A DNA stretch of 64,000 nucleotides from a virus. Taxonomy: Duplodnaviria; Caudoviricetes. The position numbers were made by a program, and so were the translations under genes. Numbering within the stretch: position 1 is the stretch's first letter; every line of letters starts with the position of its first letter. The DNA is taken from IMG/VR virus record IMGVR_UViG_3300026522_000023, positions 32,001-96,000 of that record. One strand, 5' to 3'. Of this stretch, positions 1 through 10,394 are shown in pieces. Below the pieces are notes generated by a model. The model did no database searches. It was given only the letters and a program-made list of their open reading frames with translations, and was not told the origin of the DNA.

Positions 1-1389
1 ATGACTATTAAAGAAGTCCATCAAGCAGTAGAAGGTATGTATCATAATCTTAATACTTTACAATCTCGTTCAGGAAATTAGTTGCCATTTACCTCTATTA
101 ATTATGGTACTTGTACTCTTCCAGAAGGAAGAATGATTACTAAAGCACTTTTGGATGTATCTATTGAAGGTATTGGCAAATTACATAAAACTTCTATTTT
201 CCCTTGCGGAATTTTTCAATGTATGAAAGGCGTTAATCGTGAACCAGGTGATCCAAATTACGATTTATTTAAACTCGCATTACGTTCAACCGCCACAAGA
301 TTGTATCCAAATTATGCTAATGTCGATTGGTCTGGAAACGCAGGATATGACATCAACGACCCCCGCACATATTTCTCTACAATGGGATGTAGGACGGCGA
401 ATGGCTGGGACATTAACGGTTTTGGCCAGCTAAAAGATGGTAGAGGAAATATTTGTCCTGTAACTATTATTATGCCCACTTTAGCTATGGAAGCTAAAGA
501 AATGGCAGATCATCAATATTTTGAAGATGGTTTAGATGCTCAAAAAGAACAATATCGTTGCAGATGTTTTATGAGTTTATTAGATCAAAAAATTAATGAA
601 GCAAGAATTCAATTGATGGAACGATTTGAGTGGATTTGCTCGCAAGATCCGAAATCTGCTAAGTTTATGTATGAGAATCATTTAATGGCTGGCTATATTC
701 CAGAAGAAGGAATTAGAAGTGCCCTTAAGCATGGTACATTAGCTATAGGATAGATTGGTTTAGCTGAAACTCTTCAAATTCTTATTGGATGCGATCATAC
801 TGATCCAAGAGGAATGAAAATGGCAAAAAAGATTGAGCAGCTATTCAAAGATAGATGTGCGGAATTTAAGAAAGAATATAGTTTAAATTTTGGCGTATAT
901 TATACGCCAGCTGAAAATTTATGTTATACAGCAATGCAAAAATTCAAAGAAAAATACGGCATCATACCTAATGTTTCTGATAAAGAATTTTTCACTAATA
1001 GTATTCATGTTCCCGTATGGAAGAAAATTTCTCCCTTTGACAAAATTGATATTGAAAGTCAGTTGACAGGTTATTCTTCTGCTGGATGTATCACATATGT
1101 AGAATTAGACTCTACAGTAAAGCATAATATTGATGCTCTTGAACAAATTGTTAATTATGCTATGGATAAAGATATCCCTTATTTTGCAGTAAATGTGCCT
1201 AATGATACTTGCCTTGATTGCGGATATTGCGATGAATTTAATGATAAATGTCCTGAATGCGGTAGTACTAATATTCAATAGCTGCGCCGTGTGACTGGTT
1301 ATTTAACTGGAAATTATAAAACTGCTTTTAACTACGGTAAACAAAAAGAAGTAGAAGCACGAGTAAAACATACGGGGTAGATGGAATGA
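1..1389 (+). CDS. nrdD: Anaerobic (class III) ribonucleoside-triphosphate reductase, C-terminal part (5' end outside window)
   Basis: Continuous frame with TAG=Gln at 79, 751, 1279 and 1378. Motifs NLNTLQSRSGN(Q)LPFTSINYG, TMGCRT, YYTPAENLC, CxxC...CxxC and the glycyl-radical loop (Q)LRRVTGYL. Ends at TGA 1387-1389. Confidence 0.96.
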
Positions 1390-1733
1390 TATAGCTAATG
1401 TATGATTTAGCGAACTATTTTAATTAGAAACAAGGAAGAAAGTATCCTTGTTCTAATTAGATAGTGATATGTGTTTATATAACTGATAATTCACAAGAAG
1501 TTTATGATTATTTGGATAAAAATAATATCATACCAATAAAAGTATCAAAAACTCGTATAGAATGGCAAGAAAATAATGAGCGATGGATATGGTTACCTAT
1601 AACCTAGAATACTAGAGGTTATAGATTTAATAAAGTAAAAATATCTAAAAATTATAATAACGAAGAAATATTAAAAACAATAATTATTCCTTATTGTAGT
1701 TTATATTGTTGCTCTTGGGAGGTTATGGAATGA
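1386..1733 (+). CDS. Hypothetical protein (115 aa, code 15)
   Basis: ATGA overlap with the nrdD stop. Open only with TAG=Gln. Ends TGA overlapping the next ATG. Confidence 0.7.
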
Positions 1734-2407
1734 ATTATTCTAAAAGATCTTTAAAAAAGCATTAGAAAATAAAAGATAAATTAGAAAAAGCTACTGAAGT
1801 ATTAAATAAAAAAATTGACTTGGAATTAGAGGCAATTATAAAAATAATATTTTCTTGGATAGTTAATGATGAAGAAATTAATACAAAAGAACATCGAGAG
1901 ATTCTAATAAATTTATTTTATAAAGCTTTAGAAAATCTTTATTCTGAAATTAATATATAGTTAGGAAAGATTTATAAAACAGTAGCTCCTTTTAATTTAA
2001 AAGATATAACAGATTTAACTTTTCAAGAAGATGGAAAAACATTAGATGAACGAATTACTAAATATTTAGATGATTTAGAAGAAAAAAGATTATCTGGTGA
2101 TTTTCCAGATAATTTAAAAAGCTTTGGTGCTAATATGTATTCTCGTCTGTTAAATAATGAAGGTAGATATTTATTTACTCATTTAATGAAAATGAAAATA
2201 AAACCTGTAGCTTCAATACTTGTAATTGAAACAGGAACTTGCGATGATTTATGCGGTGAATGGAATGGAGAATACCCTGCAGAAGAAGATGTTCCTCTTC
2301 CTCCTTACCATACTAATTGTTAGTGTTCTGCTTATTATATTGAAACTGATGATGAAGATGATGTTAATGACTTAGATTTAGAAGTGGAGGAAGCAAAAAA
2401 TATATGA
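1730..2407 (+). CDS. Phage MuF/SPP1 gp7-like minor head protein (225 aa)
   Basis: In frame with ORF 2135-2323. C-terminal TCDDLC...PLPPYHTNC(Q)C resembles the MuF PPxHPNCRC motif. Acidic tail. Confidence 0.6.
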
Positions 2408-2892
2408 AATATGCAGGAATTATAAAAAATGATATTGCCGCAGCACCTGGAATATGTGTATCATTCTTTGTTCAAGGTTGCCCCAATCATTGTAAAGGAT
2501 GCCATAACCCTGAAACATGGGATTTTGATGGTGGTAAAGAATTTACGAGTGATATATTTACTGAAATTGCTCAAGCACTTCAAGCTAATGGTATTCATAG
2601 AAATTTTTGTATAATGGGTGGCGAACCATTATGTGAACAAAATCAATTGCTTACTTTACTTTTGGTTCGTACTATAAAAGAAAAACTTCCTAATACAAAA
2701 ATTTATATATGGACTGGATATTATTATGATGATTTAATTAAGCAAAAAGATAATGGAAAACTTCAAGAAATTCTTAGCAGTATTGATGTCTTGATTGATG
2801 GTCCATATATCCAAGAGCAAAGAGATGTATCATTGCCTATGCGTGGAAGTAAAAATTAGCGTATTATTAATTTAAATTCAAATAAAAATTGA
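2404..2892 (+). CDS. nrdG: Anaerobic RNR activating radical-SAM enzyme
   Basis: FVQGCPNHCKGCHNPETW (CxxxCxxC), GGEPL, DVLIDGPY, RGSKN(Q)RII with TAG at the conserved Gln. Ends TGA 2890-2892. Confidence 0.95.
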
Positions 2893-2917
2893 CGACTTTA
2901 AAATTTTTTGTTATAAT
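2889..2917 (+). promoter_or_regulatory. Sigma70/SigA-type promoter
   Basis: TTGACG-17 nt-TATAAT with extended -10 TG; GGAGG RBS before ATG 2948. Confidence 0.75.
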
Positions 2918-2947
2918 ATATCTATAAAAAGAAATCGGAGGATTCAA

Positions 2948-3487
2948 ATGGAAAATTTTAAAGTTAGTTTTGAAGTGAAGAATATTCACGAATTAGAAAA
3001 TTCTCCTTAGAATTTCTATGCTGGATAGGTTTGCTATGATTAGGATAATCAAAAATTAATGGTATATAAAGATTCTAAGTGGATTCCATTAAATAATAAT
3101 GCTAAATTAAATGCAGAAGGTTCAGGCATTGAGATTAATTTATATGATTTAAATAAAAATATTATGTCTCAATTAAAGCCTTTATCAGATGAAAAACTCA
3201 AAGAATTAAAGAAATTAATTTTAACCTTTGATGATACAATAGATAATACTTACTATATGTTATTATGCCGAGAACGAAATTATTATACAATGTTCGTTAA
3301 AAATGGTTGTATTGGTATTAATGCTATTAATGAAAGTGTTATTGATTGCCTACATGATTTAGGTGAAATAGTAAGCGGCGAATTAACTGAAGACAAAACA
3401 GCGATTGAATTTTGGATTAAAGCAGATGATACTGCTTATTGCGTTTATTTCTTTGGTTATGATGCTGGCGTAGTGGAGTGTGTATAA
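2948..3487 (+). CDS. Hypothetical phage protein (179 aa)
   Basis: RBS GGAGG and ATG 2948, three TAG=Gln codons, in frame with ORF 3059-3487. Confidence 0.8.
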
Positions 3488-3756
3488 TGGATACAAAAAT
3501 TGTTGCTATCATTGATTTATTTGATAGTGAATAGAAAGTATATAAAATCTCTCCAAGCGAACAATCTCTTTTAGGAAAATATTCTTTAAATGATATTAAC
3601 TCATTCGCTATGGAAATTTTACATAATTGTTATAATTATAAAATTAATGATATTCATTTCTTTGGATAGACAAATTATATTGAAGAAATTGTAGAATCAA
3701 TTAATAATGTAAATAGAAATAATTATTCTTTAAATTTAAATATAGAGGTTAATTAA
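3487..3756 (+). CDS. Hypothetical protein (89 aa)
   Basis: TAATG coupling with the previous gene. Open with TAG=Gln, ends TAA. Confidence 0.7.
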
Positions 3757-4002
3757 ATGAAATATTTAATCAGTACAACAGATGTTTATAGAGTTCCAAC
3801 AGTAGCAGAAGTAGAATAGTTACATGAAGAATTAATTAATGATACTCATTTTACTTTAAATGCTTTTAGTTATAAGACTAAACAAATTAAGCAGAAGGGC
3901 GAAATCATTGATGAATATCAGCTAGTTACTGCTAAGAAATTATTTAATGATGAAAAAGAACCCGGTACAAATATTGATATTAAGTATGAGGCAGAATTTT
4001 AA
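3757..4002 (+). CDS. Hypothetical protein (81 aa)
   Basis: GAGG RBS, MKYLISTTDVYRVPTV..., one TAG, TAATG coupling to the dUTPase gene. Confidence 0.75.
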
Positions 4003-4532
4003 TGAATAGATTTGAAAGAGTTTCGAGATTTCCCGATGCAGTTCTCCCCGTTCGTAAGACAGCAAACTCTGCGGGTTATGATTTAACAGTCGCGGAAGAT
4101 ATTGTAATTCCTCCTTTATCTAAGCACATTTAGACATTAGATGTTGATTAGGAATATGGTATTGCAACGATGGATTTGACTGAAATGGCTGCTTTAACTA
4201 AATCTAAGAAAGCTAAACCTACTCTTGTTTCTACTGGAGTTAAATGTCAATTAAATCCTGATTGCTATTTGGAATTATCTGTGCGCAGTTCTACTCCTTT
4301 AAAATATTGGCTAATTTTAGCCAATAGTGTGGGTATTATTGATTCTGACTATTATAATAATCCTGATAATGAAGGAGAGATTTTTTTACAATTAATTAAT
4401 CTCTCTCCATATAATATCCAATTACATAAAGGTGATGTAATTGGACAAGGCATTATTAAAAAGTATGAGATTACTGATGATGATAATGCTACTGGGAATA
4501 GACTCGGAGGCTTTGGTTCTACGTCTAAATAA
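4002..4532 (+). CDS. dut: Trimeric dUTPase
   Basis: All five motifs (SAGYDL, RSS, GIIDSDY, GQGI, RLGGFGST). Motif 1 is recovered only by reading through two TAGs. Confidence 0.93.
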
Positions 4533-4566
4533 TAAAATTTGTCTCCTTGTCAGAAAGGAGGTAAAT

Positions 4567-5079
4567 ATGAATATTTTATTTTTAGATTTATCTACTAAAT
4601 CTACTGGATATTGTATTTCTGATGATGCTGGTAAAATGATTACTTATGGTTTAATTACAGCATCATCAGAAAATAATATTTCAAGAATTGTTAAAATACA
4701 AACTGAAATTATAAAATTAATCCAATAGTATAAGATAGAAAAAATTGTAGCAGAAGATGTTCATCCCGAAGAATATGGTTACTCAGATACTGCAAGATTA
4801 TTAATGTGGCTTTAGGGCGCAGTTATGTTAGGTGCGCATTCAGTTAATTCTAAAGTAAATTCTAAAACTTTAGAATTAATGTAGGCTAACGAATGGCGTC
4901 GTCAACTAGGAATTAAAGTAGGCCGTGGTATTAAACGATCAGCTTTAAAACCTTTAGACGTTTAGTATGTAAAAGAACATTATGGTATTGAAGCAAATGA
5001 TGATGTTTGTGATGCTATATGTTTATTTACTGCTTATTTCCTCGCGCAGTAGCAGCAAAATGATTATAATTGGGAGTAA
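4567..5079 (+). CDS. RuvC-like Holliday junction resolvase
   Basis: MNILFLDLSTKSTGY, IVAED, EWRRQLGI, NDDVCDAI acidic catalytic pattern; AAGGAGG RBS; contains a CAG TAG CAG CAA Gln run. Confidence 0.82.
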
Positions 5080-5085
5080 ATGATT

Positions 5086-5134
5086 GGACTTAAATAAGTA
5101 ATCTTCCTATCTAAATGCTAAAGTATAATAGAAG
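5086..5134 (+). promoter_or_regulatory. Candidate phage late-promoter motif copy
   Basis: GGACTTAAATAAGTAAT...TGCTAA matches the GG-N11-TAA-N14-TTTT(C/A)A motif seen at six other intergenic sites (the distal box is degenerate here). Confidence 0.45.
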
Positions 5135-5158
5135 CTAAAGAAAGGAGGTTACACATAT

Positions 5159-5602
5159 ATGGCCACTTTTATTGCTGAACATTTTATTGAAATTATTTTT
5201 GGACTTATTTCTGCTGGACTATTAGCATTTTGTAAATCAATTCATGGTAAAATGAAAAAGTATAAAGCAATGGTTGAAGAGCAGAAAAATGATGACCTAG
5301 ATGAAAAAATTGAATCTCATATTGAGCCTATTAAAGAAGAAATAGAAGATTTGCGAAAATACATTAGAGAAGTAAAGACTACTGAAGAAACTCATATGGA
5401 ATTAATTATTGCATCTTACCGTTTTAGACTAACTCAATTGTGTCGTGCTTATTTAAAAAAAGGATATATGACTTCTAATGAGTATGAACAATTAACAGAG
5501 TTTTATAAAGTTTATCATGGGTTAGGCGGCAATGGGCAAGCCAAAACTTATTATGATAAAACAATAAAATTACCAATTCAGCATGAAGAGCTTCCAGAAT
5601 AA
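5159..5602 (+). CDS. Membrane-anchored coiled-coil phage protein (147 aa), possibly holin-like or a lysis accessory
   Basis: N-terminal hydrophobic helix, coiled coil, YHGLGGNG motif; AGGAGG RBS; no TAG. Confidence 0.6.
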   Translation: MATFIAEHFIEIIFGLISAGLLAFCKSIHGKMKKYKAMVEEQKNDDLDEKIESHIEPIKEEIEDLRKYIREVKTTEETHMELIIASYRFRLTQLCRAYLKKGYMTSNEYEQLTEFYKVYHGLGGNGQAKTYYDKTIKLPIQHEELPE

Positions 5603-5644
5603 AAATAAGGGATAGAACAATTAAGTTCTATCCCTTATTTTTTT
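5602..5644. terminator. Bidirectional intrinsic terminator
   Basis: AAAATAAGGGATAGAAC-aattaa-GTTCTATCCCTTATTTT between convergent genes. Confidence 0.85.
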
Positions 5645-5946
5645 ATCTATTTAAATATTTCATCAGTCTATTGGATTATATCAAATCCATAATCACTAAT
5701 AATATTAGCAACTAATTCCTACTAATCTAAATTTAATTTAATATTATAGCTAAACATAAAAGCATGAGTTATTTCATGACATAAAACATGATATAATTTA
5801 TCTTCTTCTAATTTTCTATTTATATATATCGTGCTAGTCTTATCATCACAAGATCCTAATGCTTTTATCCCATTACGTTTAGATAATTTAGAAAAATTGG
5901 AGGGTACTAAAAGTACCCTCCAATTCCTTCCATTTATATTAAACAT
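5635..5946 (-). CDS. Small HExxH zinc-metallopeptidase-like protein (103 aa)
   Basis: GSCD...IYIN...VLCHEITHA followed by E; extended through TAGs to TAA 5635. Confidence 0.65.
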
Positions 5947-6421
5947 TCATCTAACCAATTTTAGTTGCTAAAGCCGAAATTTTTCTTTCAAGATAAGATC
6001 TTTCATCATTTGAAGCATTTTCAATCATTTCAACTATATCAGAACTTAAATCTGAAATATAATTATCTAGTTCTTTAAGCTGAATAGCCTTATCCTTATG
6101 ATTTTGTTGAGCTTCTAAATACGCTTTACGGGCAGAGGGACTACGACCTATTTTATCGTCATCCCAAGCTGTTTCCATATGTGTATCAGTCATATATTTA
6201 CTTGTTTTATTTTTAGGATATTTTTCAGTATAATATAAGATTTCTCCTTCAGAAGCTTTTTCCATTGCTTCAGTAATTGAACAATAATACTTTGCTTCTT
6301 CTAAATCTTTTATCATATCAATGACTTCACCTAATTCATGAGCATCAACACAGGCTAAATTAGACATTTGGCATTCGACTTGCGCCATTAATTGTTCTCT
6401 TACACTTTCATAATCGCACAT
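5939..6421 (-). CDS. Helical hypothetical protein of the six-gene module (160 aa)
   Basis: ORF 5951-6421 extended through TAG to TAA 5939; motif ELGEVIDMIKDL. Confidence 0.8.
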
Positions 6422-6435
6422 TCTAATTTACCCCC

Positions 6436-6861
6436 TTAAGCCACTCGTTCAATAATTAGATTAGCATTTTGTAAAGAGATAGCCTAAGTACTAGTGTTTT
6501 CAACACTAACCTAAGTGCAGCAACCTCCAATTACATCTAAGAATAAAGAACAAGAAATATTATTAAATTGTTCTACTGCGGTAGGAGTAGAAATCATAGT
6601 TGTTGTTTCTACCGGTTCCCCATTTATGGCAACTGCTAAAGAAATTGCTCCAGCAGTTCCACCAGTAGGAACTGCTATATTACCACCAAATAATATACGG
6701 AATCGAGCTTTTCGTTGATTCGCAGAAGTGATACCTCGTAAAGTTACTAATCCACTACCTTCACGATGCACCATAGCACAACTGCCTGGAACAGCGGTAT
6801 TAGTAAATACTACATTACTATTGGCATTTACCGTTTGTAAAGCATTAGCTGTTATTTCCAT
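6436..6861 (-). CDS. BclA C-terminal/C1q-TNF-like beta-sandwich protein (141 aa)
   Basis: Beta-rich pattern QTV...VVF...SGLVTLRG...NGEP...(Q)VSVEN...NANLIIERVA; two TAGs read through. Fold is inferred. Confidence 0.55.
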
Positions 6862-6881
6862 TTTTCAACCTCTTTTCTTTA

Positions 6882-7739
6882 TTAAGCAGTATACTAGCAT
6901 CCACATCCAGTATAATTAGTTCCTACATAAGGATTTTGGACAACATAGGCTGGAATAGGAGCTTTATTACTTAATTGTTCTACTAAATAAGCATTCTATA
7001 AGTTTTGAGAAATTTGGCCCTTAAGAGTAGCATTTTCAGCAGTAAGAGTTTCAATCTTATCCTGTACTAAGAAATTAAGGATAGAGCGCATACTAGCATT
7101 AGTATTATCAATAATGTCTCTTACTCCCTCATTAACTGCTTGACGGTTTTGGCAAGCTTGACTTGCTAAATTATAATTTAAATCAGCAAAGCTTGATGTA
7201 ATAAGATTCTTATTCTCGCAGCAGCAATGAGCATTTGTTGCTGCCATATTATTTAATTGCTGAATGATATTATTAGTATTCTACATACCAGCAACAGTAT
7301 CAGCATTAATAGCCTAAGTAATACCAAAGGTATTTTGCATATTGTTCATACCCATATTACAAATATCTTGTGATAAAGAACGAGCATTACTATTAAGAGT
7401 CTCAGTAACATTACCAAAACCAGAAAGTAAATTATTATTTACATTAGCGAAACCATTACATAAACCAGTTTGTAAAGAATTAATTCCAGATTTAAGATCG
7501 CTTATATCAAATCCATAAGTTAATTCTTCTCTCGTAGTAGTGCCTTGATAACCAGTATTACCGTTATTACCCCAGCCGTTATTACCCCAGCCATTAAAGC
7601 AGAATAAGAATAGGATAATAATCCACCAAGCGCCATCGCCCCACATACCGTTATCGCCATTGCGATAACCATTACCAGAAGCAGCTGCAATATCAGATAA
7701 AGAATATTGCTGAGTTGGAAAACCACCATAATTAAACAT
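6882..7739 (-). CDS. Gly/Asn/Gln-rich protein with N-terminal hydrophobic segment, coiled coil and Cys clusters (285 aa)
   Basis: Joins ORFs 7314-7757 and 6996-7247 in one frame. GDGAWWIIILFLF, GWGNNGWGNN, HCCCE, PIPAYVVQNP, GCGC. RBS AAAGGGG before ATG 7739. Confidence 0.85.
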
Positions 7740-7774
7740 ACAAATAACCCCTTTCAAAAGTTATAATATTTTAT

Positions 7775-8020
7775 TTAAATCCCTAATTGAGATTTAAATT
7801 TCGCAAATTCAGTATCAAAATTCATTCCTTTTGATTCAAAAAAATTCCTCGCAAACTTTTCAATGTCCGCGGTTTGGCCCCCGCGTGCCATTTTTATCAG
7901 ATTATCTCCCATAGGCGTTCCGCCCATATTTTTTTCCAGAAGAGATATCATCAAACTTTGAGGATTCTGGCCATTTTTAATCATACCTATTATCTATAAT
8001 GGATTTATTCCCTACATCAT
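7775..8020 (-). CDS. Small Met/Gln/Asn-rich hypothetical protein (81 aa)
   Basis: AAGGAGG RBS; MM(Q)GINPL(Q)IIGMIKNGQNPQ... Confidence 0.8.
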
Positions 8021-8031
8021 CTCTTACCTCC

Positions 8032-8487
8032 TTAAAAGTTAAACTGCGGTTTGCTATCAGTTATTTGCTCTGTCGAAGATTGAGTATTCTATTGTTGTTG
8101 TGGATTAATATTAGCCTAGGCCTATTGTGTTAATTGAGAAAAGGCTTCTTTAATCTATGATAAAGCATTATTAAATTCATTCCGTGTTATAAAATCTACA
8201 TTATTACCTTGTGAATTACTTGGGAGTTCTTTTAGCTCATACATATTGATTGAAGCAGTTCCATCCATATTAATCTATTTTGTATATATTCTTCTATTGG
8301 CATAGTCAGGAAAATAGAATACTGAACCATCAAAATCTACACTCATTGCCCGTACTTCATCTAATGAAGAGACTGGTCTAACTCTTGGAGTAGTATTTTG
8401 ATTTGATGTTGGCATAATAGGTTGAGTGTTATAAATTGGCCGATTTATAGCACTAAACTATTGTGGATAACCATAATTATTATTCAT
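8032..8487 (-). CDS. Hypothetical protein, first gene of the six-gene module (151 aa)
   Basis: GGAGG RBS; MNNNYGYPQ(Q)...RPVSSLDEVRA...DGSVFYFPD...IYTK(Q)INMDG; Gln-rich termini; missed entirely by the standard-code track. Confidence 0.82.
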
Positions 8488-8640
8488 AATTTTTACCTCC
8501 GGAGTTTTAAAATAGAAGAATTTTATCTTTTTCTTCCATAGATATATAAAATTTAGATTATAAATATCATTAGGAAATACTCACACTTTTTTAAATAAAA
8601 ATCTCTTCCGCACCAAATTAAATAAAAATATCGTCATGAA

Positions 8641-8669
8641 TAGACTTTTATAAAAATTTTTGGTATAAT
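8641..8669 (+). promoter_or_regulatory. Sigma70/SigA-type promoter of the LytTR gene
   Basis: TAGACT-17 nt-TATAAT with extended TG. Confidence 0.6.
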
Positions 8670-8709
8670 TATAAATAGAGAAAGATAAAAATATTAATGA
8701 AAGGAGGAG

Positions 8710-9414
8710 ATTATCATAGTTTCAATATGTATTTGTGATAGAGATGATTCACATGGATAGTCAATGGTTACTATTATTAAGGATTATTTTTTTAAACATA
8801 ATGTAATAGGAAGTATAAATTATTTTAATAATGCTAAAGATTTATTAAAACAACCAACCTATGATGTCTATTTTTTAGGTATTTTAATTAAAGATATGAA
8901 TGGCATTGAGCTTGGGAAAATATTAAAACAAAAAAATGAAAAATGCGAAATAATTTATATAACTGATTAGCGTAATTATGGACCACAAACCTATGAAGTA
9001 AAAGCATTTAATTATTTATTAAAACCTATAAATATAGAAGAAATAAATGATACTTTAGATAGATTATTTGAAAAAATTAAAAGTGAATATAGATATTTAA
9101 GAACTAAAGATGGGGAAGAAAGAATTCCACTTAAAGAATTATTATATGCTGATATTATAGGAAGAAATTTAACTTGTCATTTCTATGATGGTGAATTAAT
9201 TCAAAGTACAACTTTAAAAAAATCTTTTGAAAAAATGATAGGTCCTTTAAAAGATAATCCAGATTTTGTCTTTGTTGCACCGAGTTTATTAATTAATTTA
9301 AATTATATTAGTTCAATGAACTCAAACTATTTAACTTTTACTACTGGTGAAGTATTATATTTCCCAAAGAGCGCGTATAAATTAATTTGTGAAAGATGGA
9401 AGCAATATGGTTAA
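8710..9414 (+). CDS. LytTR/AgrA-family response regulator with degenerate receiver domain (non-AUG start)
   Basis: ICICDRDD...YDVYFLGI..DMNGIELG...IIYIT...AFNYLLKP followed by a LytTR-like C-terminus. AGGAGG RBS at 8702 is followed only by ATT/ATC/ATA. Two TAGs. Confidence 0.8.
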
Positions 9415-9418
9415 ATAG

Positions 9419-9461
9419 AAATAAGGGGAACACTCAATTATCGAGTGTTCCCCATTTTTTT
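9419..9461. terminator. Intrinsic terminator between convergent genes
   Basis: GGGGAACACTC-aattatc-GAGTGTTCCCC followed by a T run. Confidence 0.8.
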
Positions 9462-9849
9462 ATGATTTATTAATATTAACACTTGCTTCTATCTTCTCGG
9501 AAATATATTTATCTAAATCACCATAAATATTAGCAAGATAATCTTTTGCTTCTTGGCTAAGAATTGTTAATACTGCTTGCGTAGTTTGTTCAAATGCTTG
9601 CTTTTGAGCTTCTGCATCAAATTTGCCTTGTTTCTTTAGACTTTCTACATAAGTCTAATTCGTAGCAATAACACAACTATTAATTGTATCAGTTAGCATT
9701 TGAATATATTTATTTGCTAACACATTATCATTATTATTTTGGATTTGATTACTTTTTACATTAATCCATTTAATAATAAAAGTAGTTAATACTCCTAGTA
9801 ATGGAATAATACATACTTGAAAAATTTGAGTTAGTAATTCACTAGTCAT
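9460..9849 (-). CDS. Holin, LL-H-like family (129 aa)
   Basis: N-terminal TM helix, then VIATN(Q)TYVESLKKQGKFD...IEASV; a single TAG at 9655. Confidence 0.7.
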
Positions 9850-9871
9850 TATTATTTTCCTCCTATTTAAT

Positions 9872-10378
9872 TTAATTTTTATCTTCCCAAGTAGTAAGAG
9901 TTATTTTAGGTAAATTTTTTTTTAAATAATTCTATAAATTAATATTTTCTTCAGTTTCATTGTCCTATAAATATACACTTTCACCTAATGTTAAAGGAAA
10001 AATTATATTTTTATCACTATCATTCTATTCAGTTGTTTTTAATATTTTTATATTTGTATTATCATAAACAAATGAGTTATTCGTATAAGGTTCCTATAAA
10101 ACTCCTTTTTCAGGCTAAATTTCATAAATACCAGCATTGTCTGTTTCTTTTAATAGAAAATCTGCTTTATTAGCATTTAACTATATACGATATTTTTTAA
10201 TATTATCTTTAGTAACAACTATTGCCTAATCTTCAATAGGTTTATCAATAAAAAAATTACCAGTATCAGGAGAAAAATAAGCCCAACCAGGATTAAATGG
10301 TACAAGAAGTTCATTACTGTTTTCTCTATTTACGAATAAATTTTCTTCATTTCCAGAATTTATTTTAAATAATGCCAT
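9872..10378 (-). CDS. Putative fibre/adaptor protein (168 aa)
   Basis: AAAGGAG RBS; MALFKINSG...GWAYFSPDTGNFFID N-terminus; ends LTTWEDKN. Confidence 0.7.
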
Positions 10379-10394
10379 AAAGAATCTCCTTTCA

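Noticed and set aside
1-1389. Intron or intein in nrdD (also checked in terL)
   Set aside because: Both read continuously with normal motif spacing under code 15.
1387-2892. TGA reassignment in addition to TAG
   Set aside because: TGA terminates nrdD, nrdG and other genes at the expected C-termini, often in ATGA overlaps.
4441-4566. N-terminal extension of the resolvase ORF; likewise the starts at 7757 and 25715
   Set aside because: They overlap upstream genes or lack an RBS; RBS-supported starts are 4567, 7739 and 25685.
8530-8590. Late-promoter motif upstream of the six-gene module
   Set aside because: It resembles the motif's 3' half, but the GG/TAA spacing does not fit, so it was not counted.
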